The notes beneath the pieces are model-generated. The model made no database searches and was not told the origin of the DNA. It saw only the letters and a program-made list of their open reading frames with translations. 32,000 nt of DNA from Candidatus Saccharimonadota bacterium (GTDB lineage: Bacteria; Bacteroidota; Bacteroidia; Flavobacteriales; Blattabacteriaceae), in assembly GCF_002243425.1 (NCBI RefSeq), contig NZ_CP021172.1:30001-62000 (forward strand), written 5' to 3'. The position numbers and the translations under genes are program-made. Positions 18,750-27,935 of the stretch are shown here, piece by piece (within the stretch, counting starts at the first letter, position 1; each line of letters starts with the position of its first letter).

Positions 18750-21700
18750 GTTTTTTATTAATTTCTGAATATTTTTTTTTAAGTTTTTGATTACCATCAC
18801 CAATTATAATTTCTTCATAAGAAGATTTTTTTAATCCAGTTCCTGCAGGAATTTTATTGCCTAATATAACATTTTCTTTTAATCCATTTAAATAATCTGT
18901 TTTATTACTTATAGCTGCCTCGTATAAAACTTTTGTAGTTTCTTGAAAAGACGCAGCAGAAAGAAAAGATTTAGTTTGTAAAGCAGCTTTAGTTATACCT
19001 TGAATTATTGGTTTAGATATAGCAGTAATTACATCTCTAAATAAGATTTGATTTTTATTTGAAAGTTTTAATAAATAATTTTCTTTTTTTAATTCATGAA
19101 AATTAACTAATTGACCTTTAAAAAATTTTTTAGAATCACCTGATTCTTCAATAAATTTCATGTTCAAAATTCTTTTATTTTCTTCTAAAAAGACATCTGT
19201 ATATTCAATATTACCTTCTAAAAAAGAAGTATCTCCTGATTTTATAATTTCTACTTTTTGCGTCATTTGTCTTACTATAACTTCAAAATGTTTATCATTA
19301 ATTTTTACACCTTGTGAACGATAGACTTCTTGTATTTCATTAATAAATTTTTTTTGAGCAGCTCTTAATCCTTTTATGTCTAAAATCTCATTTATATCTC
19401 CATCATCAGAAGAATCATCAGAAGAATCATAATAATAATCATCATCAGAAGAATTATTATCATTTGAAGAATAATGTGCATTTGAATGTGCATGTGCATT
19501 ATAATGTGCATTATAATGTGCATGTGCATTATGTGAATTATAATCATTTGAATCATATTCATCATCATTTCTTGCTTCAAATAATTCGGATAAACGGGGT
19601 AATCCACCTGTTATATCTCCTGATTTTAAATCTTTTAGAGGTATTTTTATTAAAATACTTCCTTCATTTATAATGTCTCCATCATTTACTACTAAATGTG
19701 CACCTACAGGGATCTTGTAACTTTTTAATATTTCATTTTTTTTATTTACTATTTTTAAAGTAGGTGTTTTTCCTTCCGATATTACTTTTTCTTTAAAACC
19801 AGTTTGTTCGTCTTTTTCAAGATTTTCATATATTATTTTTCCTGTAAATTCTGCTATTATAACAGCATTATATGGATCCCAACTACAGATAATATCATTT
19901 TTTTTAACTAATTGTTTATTATAAACATATAATTTAGCTCCATATGGAATTTTTTTTTTCATTAAAATCACTTTCTCTTTATTATTATTTAATAATCTAA
20001 TTTCAGATGATCTAGAAATCACTAGATTTTTAACTACTTGAATATCTTCATATTCTATTATTCCATCATATTTAGCTTTTATTTTTGAATATTCATATAT
20101 ATTACCAGCTGTACCTCCAACATGAAAAGTACGAAGTGTAAGTTGTGTACCTGGTTCACCAATTGATTGTGCAGCTATTACTCCTATTGCTTCTCCTTTT
20201 TGAATCATTAAACCGTTCGCAAGATTTCTTCCATAACATTTTATACAAATACCTGTTTTAGATTTACAGGTAAGAGGAGATCTTACTTCAATAGTATCTA
20301 TTGAAGCCTTTTCTAGAAGATTAATATTTTTTTCATCTATCATTTGAGATGATTTTATTAAAACCTTATTATTAGTAGGATCATAAATATGATTTAGAGC
20401 TATACGACCTAAAACCCTGGATGATAATGTTTCTATTATTTTTTCTTTTTTTTTTACTGCAGATATTTTTATTCCTAGTAAAGTTTTACAATCATCTTCT
20501 TGTATAATTACATCTTGTGCTGAATCTACTAAACGTCTTGTTAAATATCCAGCATCTGCTGTTTTTAAAGCAGTATCAGCTAATCCTTTTCTTGCTCCAT
20601 GAGTGGATATAAAATATTCCAATATAGATAATCCTTCTAAGAAATTAGATAAAATTGGATTTTCTATAATTTCTGCACCTAATGAACTAGTTTTTTGAGG
20701 TTTAGCCATAAGTCCTCTCATTCCAGATAATTGACGTATTTGCTCTTTTGAACTTCTAGCTCCAGAATCAAGCATCATATATACTGAATTAAATCCTTGT
20801 TTACTTTTTCGCATATAATTAATAACTTTTTCTGTTAAACTAACATTAGTATTAGTCCATATATCTATAATTTTATTATAACGTTCATTATTAGTTATTA
20901 ATCCCATATTATAATCGTCTTTTACCAAAGAGACTTTTTCAATAGCTCTTTTTACAAGAGATTTTTTTTCTTTTGGAATACTTATATCATTTAAATTAAA
21001 TGATAAACCTCCTTTAAAGGCATGATAATATCCTAAATCTTTGATTTTATCTAAAAATTTTGCTGTAGTAGGTATATTTGTTTTATATAAAATATAATTT
21101 ATTATTTCTCTTAAAGATTGATTTGTTAATAATTTATTTATATAACCTACTTTTTGTGGAACCACTTTATTAAATAATACTCTACCTACTGTTGTTTTTA
21201 TAATTTTTGATATTAATCCAATATTTTCTAATATTTTAACTTTTACTTTTATTATTGCATGAATTTCTACAACTTTATTATTATAAGCTATTTCAACTTC
21301 TTCAAGAGAAGAAAAACACATTCCTTCTCCTTTAATTTTACTTTCATAAGTAGATTTTAATTCTTTAGTCATATAATATAAACCTAAAACCATATCTTGT
21401 GATGGAACTGTAATAGGATATCCATTAGCAGGATTTAAAATATTTTGTGATGCTAACATTAATAATTTAGCTTCTAAAATTGCTTCATTTGATAATGGTA
21501 AATGGACTGCCATTTGATCTCCATCAAAATCAGCATTAAATGCCGAACAAACTAATGGATGTAATAGTATCGCTTTTCCTTCAATAAGTTTAGGTTGAAA
21601 TGATTGAATTCCTAATCTATGAAGTGTGGGGGCTCTATTTAATAAGACAGGATGACCTCTTAAAAGATATTTTAATATATCCCAAATAATAGGATCTTTT

Positions 21701-23001
21701 TTAGATATCAGTTTTTTAGCTGATTTTACTGTTCTTACAATTTTTCTTTCAAGAAGTTTTCTAATAAGAAAAGGTTTATAAATTTCAGCTGCTATTTCTT
21801 TAGGTAATCCACATTCATGTAATTTTAATTTTGGACCTACTACTATTACTGATCTTGCTGAATAATCTACTCTTTTCCCTAAAAGGTTTTGTCTAAAACG
21901 ACCTTGTTTTCCTTTCAATGAATCAGATAAAGATTTTAATGGTCTATTAGATTCTGATCTTACTGCTAAAATTTTTTTAGAATTATCCAAAAGGGAATCT
22001 ACAGCTTCTTGTAACATTCTTTTTTCATTACGTAATATTATTTCAGGAGCTGAAATATGTATTAATCTTTTTAATCTATTATTACGAATTAATATTCTTC
22101 TATAAAAATCATTTAAATCAGAACTAGCATACCCTCCTCCAGCTAAAGGAACTAAAGGACGTAATTCTGGAGGAATAACAGGAAGAACTTTTAAAATAAT
22201 AGATTCAATTTTGTTTCCTTTTTTTTTACCTTCTATAAAACATTCTACTACATTTAATCTTTTAAATAATTCAATTTTTCTTTGTTTTGATTCCTCATTT
22301 GTAATTTCTTTTTTTAAATCAGATAATAAAACTTCTAAATCAACACGTATTAATAATTCTTCTAAACATTCAGCTCCCATTTTAGCTATAAATTTGTTGG
22401 GGTCATTATCATATAAATATTTATTTCCTATTGGAATCTTATTTAAGATATATGTATATTCTTCTTCAGTTAAGAAATCTAATTTTTTTATAGATAAATT
22501 CTTATAACTATTAGCAATTCCTGGTTGAATTACTACATAACGTTCATAATAAATGATCAGATCAAGTTGTTGAGATGATAATCCTAAAATAGAACCGATT
22601 TTATTTGGAGTAGAAGTAGATCTAAATCCCCAGATATGTACTATAGGTACTACTAAATTAATATGCCCCATTCTGGTTCTACGAACTGTGTTTTTTGTTA
22701 TTTCTACGCCACATCTATTACAGAATAATCCTTTTAAGTCTTTGTTTAATTTTCTTAAACGGATTATTTCTTTATAAAGTTTTTTTTTATATTTGCCACA
22801 AAAACATTCATAATCTTTTATTGGTCCAAAAATTTTCTCACAAAACAAACCATTTCTTTCAGGTTTATTAGTACGATAATTTATTGTTTCAGGTTTTCTT
22901 ATTTCTCCATATGAATCTTTTAAAATATCTTCAGGGGAAGAAATCCTAAGACTAATTTTAGTAGTCATAAAATGACTAATTTTATATTGTTTTTTACTCA
23001 T
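18718..23001 (-). CDS. rpoC: DNA-directed RNA polymerase beta-prime subunit
   Basis: NADFDGDQM, the zinc-binding Cys clusters, [16 protein letters not shown] and [15 protein letters not shown] are present. The ORF is open to 23088, but Met at 23001 ([23 protein letters not shown]) aligns with usual Bacteroidota N-termini, and the upstream ATGs lie inside a tandem repeat. Confidence 0.93.
   Translation of the reverse strand: [1427 protein letters not shown]
19396..19569. repeat. Low-complexity, micro-repeat region inside rpoC, encoding [58 protein letters not shown]
   Basis: catcagaagaat x2 at 19404..19427 and tgtgcattataa x2 at 19493..19516, with recurring aatgtgcatgtgcatt blocks. All three frames on both strands give repetitive peptides (see track ORFs 19392..19607 and 19464..19673). 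Confidence 0.9.
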
Positions 23002-23066
23002 TTTATTAATAAAATTAATAACTTTCAATATTTGAATTTGATTCCTCAGATTCATTGGGTTTTTTA

Positions 23067-23127
23067 TTTTCATTTGCTTAGTTTTCATTTGCTTAGTTTT
23101 TTTTTATTACTTAGTTTTATTACTTAG
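23067..23127. repeat. Compound tandem repeat spanning the rpoB stop and the rpoB-rpoC spacer
   Basis: ttttcatttgcttag x2 (23067..23081, 23082..23096), then T9, then ttttattacttag x2 (23102..23114, 23115..23127). The four units are related, with coding-strand motif CTAAGyAAaTnAAAA. Confidence 0.9.
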
Positions 23128-26100
23128 CTTTTCTTTAAGTTTTTTTAGTTTTATTTCTTTAACTTTTTTTTTATATTTTATTATATCCTTTTCCTTAATC
23201 TCTATTCTTACTTTGATTTTTTGATTTTTTTTTTCTTTTTTTTTTATTACTTCTAATTTAAGACTTAAACCTAATCCTTTTAATTCCTTTAACAATACAT
23301 GAAATGATTCAGGTATTCCTGGATTGGGAATTGTTTCCCTTTTTACTATAGCTTCATAAGTTTTTGTACGGCCTTTTACATCATCAGATTTTACAGTAAG
23401 TATTTCACGTAAAATATTTGCTGCTCCAAAAGCTTCTAAAGCCCAAACTTCCATTTCACCCAATCTTTGTCCTCCAAATTTAGATTTTCCTCCTAAAGGT
23501 TGTTGAGTAATTAATGAATATGGACCAATTGATCTAGCATGCATTTTATCATCAACCATATGGTTTAATTTTAACATATAAATTACCCCTACTGTAACAG
23601 GTTGATAAAATTTTTCTCCTGTTTCTCCATCAAATAAATAAGTATTTCCAAAAAGAGGGAGATTAGCTATATCAGTATATTTTGATATTTCTTCTATAGA
23701 AGCTCCATCAAATATTGGTGTTGAAAAATTTATTCCCAGTTTTTCTCCTGCCCAACCTAAAATTGTTTCATAAATTTGGCCTAGATTCATACGGGAAGGG
23801 ACACCTAATGGATTTAAAACTAAATCTACCGAAGTTCCATCTTCTAAATATGGCATATCCTCTTCTTTAACAATACGTGCTACAATTCCTTTATTTCCAT
23901 GTCTTCCAGACATTTTATCACCTACTTTTAATTTCCTTTTTTTAGCAATCAAAACTTTAGCGATTTTAATAATCCCTGATGTCATTTCATCTCCTATTAA
24001 TAATCTATTTTTTTTACGTTTTAACTTCATTTTTAATTCATTTATTTTTAAATAATAAAGTTTTATGATTTTAAATACTAAATTATTTTTATATTTATTA
24101 TTTACCCAATTTTGATATATAATCTCTTTATTTTTTAATAATTTTTTTATATTTAATTTATTAAAAATTTTACCTTTTGGTATTATTTCTTTATAAGAAG
24201 AATTTAATATTCCTTCAGATACTGAACCTTCTAATACAAGAATTAGTTTATTAATTAATAATTTTCTTAATATTTTTAAATTTTGAATAAATTGATTATT
24301 TAATTCTTTTATCTTTAATTTTTTTATTTTAAATTGTTTTTGTTCATATTCTTTTGAATAAATTTTTGTATCTATTACTACTCCAAATAAAGAGGAATCA
24401 GCTTTTAAAGAAGTATTTTTAATAGTTCCTACTTTCTTTCCAAAAATTGCTTTTAAAAAGTTTTCTTCTGAAGAAGGATATCCTTCTTTTTTAGGAGTTA
24501 TTCTTCCTATAAGTACATCTCCAGGTTTAACTTCAGACCCTATTTTGATAATTCCATCTTTATCTAATTTTTTTTTATTTTCATCATTAATATTCGGTAT
24601 ATCAAATGTGAATTCTTCCATTCCTAATTTAGTCTCACGTACTTCTAATGAATATTCATCTATATGAATTGATGTAAACCAATCCTCACGTACTACTTTT
24701 TCAGAAATTACTATAGCATCTTCAAAATTATATCCTCTGAAAGGCATAAAAGCAACTTTTATATTTCTACCTAATGCTAATTTTCCATTTTTAGTTGCAA
24801 ATCCTTCACATAAAACTTGACCTTTAGTAACATACATTCCTTTTTTTACTATTGGTCTTATATTAATACAAGTATTTTGATTAGTTTTTCTAAATTTTAT
24901 TAATTTATAAGTTTTTCTTCTCTTTTCAAAAGAAAGTAATTTTTCTTTTTCAGAATTAAAATATTTAACTTTAATATTATTTGCATCTACTGATTCAACT
25001 ATACCATCTCCTTCTGCATATATTAATGCATTTACATATTGTGCTAAATGTTTTTCTAATCCAGTCTCCACTATAGGAGCTTTAGGATTTAATAAAGGTA
25101 CAGCTTGACGCATCATATTTGATCCCATTAAGGCCCTATTGGCATCATCATGTTCAAGAAATGGAATTAAAGATGCTGATATAGATGCTATTTGATTAGT
25201 AGAAACATCTATATAATTTATTTTTTTATAATTAACCATAGGAAAATCAGCATTTACACGAACTATAATGTTATTTTTTAATACACCTGTTTTATAATTT
25301 AATATAGCATTAGCTTGTGTTATGAATTTACCATATTCTTGGTCACTACTAATATATATTGGTGCTTCATTTATAACTACTTTTCCTTTTTTAACTTTGA
25401 AATAAGGAGTTTCTATAAACCCCATAGAATTAATTCTTGCAAAAACACATAAAGAAGATATTAATCCAATATTCGGACCTTCTGGTGTTTCTATAGGACA
25501 TAATCTACCATAATGAGAATAATTAACATCGCGTATTTCAAATCCAGCTCTTTCTCTTGACAAGCCCCCAGGACCTAAAGAAGATATTCTTCTTTTATGT
25601 GTCATTTCAGCTAATGGGTTAGTTTGATCCATAAATTGAGATAATTCATCGGTACCAAAAAAAGAATTAATAACAGATGTTAAAGTTTTTGAATTTATTA
25701 ACTCTATAGGAGTTAAAGTTTCATTATCTTTTACATTAATTCTTTCTTTTATTATTCTTGATACTCTTGCTATTCCTATTGTATATTGTGTATATAATTG
25801 TTCTCCTACTGTTTTAACCCTACGATTAGCTAAATTATCTATATCATCTACTTCTTTTTTATTATTACATAATGCAATTAAATTTTCTATAATAGAAATT
25901 ATGTCTTCTATATTTAGAATTTTATTCTTTAATGGAAAATCTAATTTCAGAGTTTTATTTAATCTATATCTTCCAACTTCACCTAAGTTAGTTTCAGAAA
26001 AAAAAAACTTATTTATAAATAATTTTGCTTTTTTATCATTTTTAGGAAATGAATCTTTTAATTCTTTATATATATATATATTAGCTTCTTTTTGAGAATT

Positions 26101-27057
26101 TGTAGGATCTTTTTTTAAAGTGTTATGGATTATTGAATAATAAAAATTATTTTCATTTTTTTTATATAAACTAATAACTTTTATCTTATAAGAAAGTATT
26201 ATATCTATATGATATTTTTTTAATTTTATATCTCTTTCTAAGAGAATATCTACTTTTTCAGACGAAGTTTTAAATATTCTAGCTGCAAGAGTTCTTCCTA
26301 AGAAATTTTTATAATTTACTTTATTTATATTTACTTCTTCTGCTATATTAAATATATTTAATATATCAATATCCCTAGTATAACCTAATGCTCTAAGTAA
26401 AGTAGTTATCGGTAATCTTTTTTTTATATCTAAATAAATGTACATAACATTATTAATGTCTGTTGACAATTCTATCCAAGCTCCGATTAAGGGAATAATC
26501 CTTGCATAAGATATTTTTTTTAGATTTGGTATATCATATTGTCCAAAAAACACACCAGGAGATCTATGTAATTGAGAAACAATTACTCTCTCCGATCCAT
26601 TAAAAATAAAAGACCCTGATGGCGTCATATACGGACATGTTCCAAAATACACATCTTGATATATTGTTTCAAAAAATTTTGTTCTTTTATTTTCTCTTGT
26701 TACTTTTCTTTTTCTTGTACGATATATTTTGAATCTTGCTCTTATATAGACATTATATGTTAATCCTCTTTTTAGACATTCTTCTATTGAATAAATAGGA
26801 TCGTATATCTTATAAGATATAAAATCTATAATCAATTTATTTTTTGCATCTGAAATAGGAAAATATTCTATAAAAACTTTATAAAAACCTTTATTACTTA
26901 TCTTTTTATAAGAAGAATTTATACAAAAAAAATTAGTAAAAGATTTGATTTGAATATCTAAAAAATCCGGAGATGAAATTTTATTTCTAACTGAAGCAAA
27001 ATTTATAGTTTTTTCCTTAGGGAAAGGGAATTTAATAATTTTTATTATTTTTTTCAC
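23107..27057 (-). CDS. rpoB: DNA-directed RNA polymerase beta subunit with a ~47-aa Lys-rich C-terminal tail
   Basis: 1316 aa with NFASVRNKISSPDFLDIQIKSF at the N-terminus, GDKMSGRHGNKG and the GGQRLGEMEVWALEAFGAA motif. The tail after ..GLGLSLKLE is VIKKKEKKNQKIKVRIEIKEKD.... Confidence 0.95.
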   Translation of the reverse strand: MKKIIKIIKFPFPKEKTINFASVRNKISSPDFLDIQIKSFTNFFCINSSYKKISNKGFYKVFIEYFPISDAKNKLIIDFISYKIYDPIYSIEECLKRGLTYNVYIRARFKIYRTRKRKVTRENKRTKFFETIYQDVYFGTCPYMTPSGSFIFNGSERVIVSQLHRSPGVFFGQYDIPNLKKISYARIIPLIGAWIELSTDINNVMYIYLDIKKRLPITTLLRALGYTRDIDILNIFNIAEEVNINKVNYKNFLGRTLAARIFKTSSEKVDILLERDIKLKKYHIDIILSYKIKVISLYKKNENNFYYSIIHNTLKKDPTNSQKEANIYIYKELKDSFPKNDKKAKLFINKFFFSETNLGEVGRYRLNKTLKLDFPLKNKILNIEDIISIIENLIALCNNKKEVDDIDNLANRRVKTVGEQLYTQYTIGIARVSRIIKERINVKDNETLTPIELINSKTLTSVINSFFGTDELSQFMDQTNPLAEMTHKRRISSLGPGGLSRERAGFEIRDVNYSHYGRLCPIETPEGPNIGLISSLCVFARINSMGFIETPYFKVKKGKVVINEAPIYISSDQEYGKFITQANAILNYKTGVLKNNIIVRVNADFPMVNYKKINYIDVSTNQIASISASLIPFLEHDDANRALMGSNMMRQAVPLLNPKAPIVETGLEKHLAQYVNALIYAEGDGIVESVDANNIKVKYFNSEKEKLLSFEKRRKTYKLIKFRKTNQNTCINIRPIVKKGMYVTKGQVLCEGFATKNGKLALGRNIKVAFMPFRGYNFEDAIVISEKVVREDWFTSIHIDEYSLEVRETKLGMEEFTFDIPNINDENKKKLDKDGIIKIGSEVKPGDVLIGRITPKKEGYPSSEENFLKAIFGKKVGTIKNTSLKADSSLFGVVIDTKIYSKEYEQKQFKIKKLKIKELNNQFIQNLKILRKLLINKLILVLEGSVSEGILNSSYKEIIPKGKIFNKLNIKKLLKNKEIIYQNWVNNKYKNNLVFKIIKLYYLKINELKMKLKRKKNRLLIGDEMTSGIIKIAKVLIAKKRKLKVGDKMSGRHGNKGIVARIVKEEDMPYLEDGTSVDLVLNPLGVPSRMNLGQIYETILGWAGEKLGINFSTPIFDGASIEEISKYTDIANLPLFGNTYLFDGETGEKFYQPVTVGVIYMLKLNHMVDDKMHARSIGPYSLITQQPLGGKSKFGGQRLGEMEVWALEAFGAANILREILTVKSDDVKGRTKTYEAIVKRETIPNPGIPESFHVLLKELKGLGLSLKLEVIKKKEKKNQKIKVRIEIKEKDIIKYKKKVKEIKLKKLKEKLSNKTK

Positions 27058-27059
27058 AA

Positions 27060-27467
27060 TTAAAATAATTCAATTTCAGCACCTATTTCTTCAAATTTTT
27101 TCTTAAATAATTCTGCTTCTTCTTTATTTAGAGATTCTTTTATAGTTGTTGGAACAGAATCTACTAATTCTTTAGAATCTTTAAGTCCTCTTCCAGTAAT
27201 TTCTTTTATTAATTTAACTACTGCTAGTTTTGAGGGGCCTGATGATTTAAGAATCACATTATATTTTCTATTTTCTTTTTTTTGTTCTTGATTTATAGAA
27301 TCGGTTTCTGTTATCTTTTTGACAGAATTATCAGATTCTAATCCATAATCTTTTTTCAAAATAATTGTTAATTCATTAACTTCTGTCACAGTTAAATTTA
27401 CTAATTCTTTTGCTAAATTTGCTATTTTAGCTGTATCTGTATTTTTGATCTCTTTTATTTCTTTCAT
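27060..27467 (-). CDS. rplL: 50S ribosomal protein L7/L12 (possible independent initiation at the internal ATG 27467)
   Basis: MKEIKEIKNTDTAKIANLAKELVNLTVTEVNELTIILKKDYGLE (N-terminal dimerisation/L10-binding domain), a linker, then ..YNVILKSSGPSKLAVVKLIKEITGRGLKDSKELVDSVPTTIKESLNKEEAELFKKKFEEIGAEIELF (C-terminal domain). Confidence 0.8.
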   Translation of the reverse strand: MKEIKEIKNTDTAKIANLAKELVNLTVTEVNELTIILKKDYGLESDNSVKKITETDSINQEQKKENRKYNVILKSSGPSKLAVVKLIKEITGRGLKDSKELVDSVPTTIKESLNKEEAELFKKKFEEIGAEIELF

Positions 27468-27935
27468 GGTTTTTAAATTTTTTATAATATTAATTATATT
27501 TTTTTTTATTAAAAAAAAGATTTCTATTAATAGATCATTCTTTGATTTAAGATTGATTAAATCATTTAATGATCTATCCCCTAAATATAACTTATTTTCT
27601 ATATAAGCTGCTTTTAAATATTCTTTCTTTAAAGAATATAATTTTTTAAAATTATTTATAATAATTGCTGTATTTGCTATATTTTTCTCTGTATTAGATG
27701 CCATTAAAGCAGTTTGTCCTTTTATCACTGTACTCAATTCTTTATAATTTGAATTCTGTATTGCTTTTTTAAATAATGTATTTTTTATAAATTTTAATTT
27801 TATATCTTTTTCATAACATTTTTTTCTAAAATCAGAAACTTTATCATAAGTTAACTCTGATAAATCAACTAAATAAATACAGTTGTTATTATTAATTATA
27901 TTTATATAACTTGATATTAATTTATTTTTTTTCAT
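27060..27935 (-). CDS. rplJ: Single 291-codon ORF encoding ribosomal protein L10 (aa 1-156) fused in frame to L7/L12 (aa 157-291)
   Basis: The N-terminal half is L10-like (..IYLVDLSELTYDKVSDFRKKC..GQTALMAS..). There is no stop codon before Met157, after which the sequence is a complete L7/L12. Confidence 0.85.
   Translation of the reverse strand: MKKNKLISSYINIINNNNCIYLVDLSELTYDKVSDFRKKCYEKDIKLKFIKNTLFKKAIQNSNYKELSTVIKGQTALMASNTEKNIANTAIIINNFKKLYSLKKEYLKAAYIENKLYLGDRSLNDLINLKSKNDLLIEIFFLIKKNIINIIKNLKTMKEIKEIKNTDTAKIANLAKELVNLTVTEVNELTIILKKDYGLESDNSVKKITETDSINQEQKKENRKYNVILKSSGPSKLAVVKLIKEITGRGLKDSKELVDSVPTTIKESLNKEEAELFKKKFEEIGAEIELF

Noticed and set aside
19392-19673. ORFs 19392..19607 (-, MHMHIIMH.. 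repeats) and 19464..19673 (+, HVHYNVHYNVH.. repeats)
   Set aside because: Both are alternative-frame or antisense readings of the micro-repeat tract inside rpoC. The rpoC frame is continuous with conserved flanks on both sides, so these are repeat artefacts, not genes.
22211-22507. Plus-strand ORF of 98 aa inside rpoC. ORFs 25901..26095 (inside rpoB), 27996..28184 (rplA), 28607..29008 (rplK) and 29170..29379 (tuf/tRNA-Trp) are of the same kind.
   Set aside because: All are antisense to strongly supported housekeeping genes and have no motifs of their own.
23002-23088. A 29-codon N-terminal extension of rpoC (MKTKQMKIKNPMNLRNQIQILKVINFINK)
   Set aside because: Its ATG codons come from the 15-bp tandem repeat in the rpoB-rpoC spacer. 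The conserved RpoC N-terminus aligns with Met at 23001. The extension cannot be formally excluded without data.
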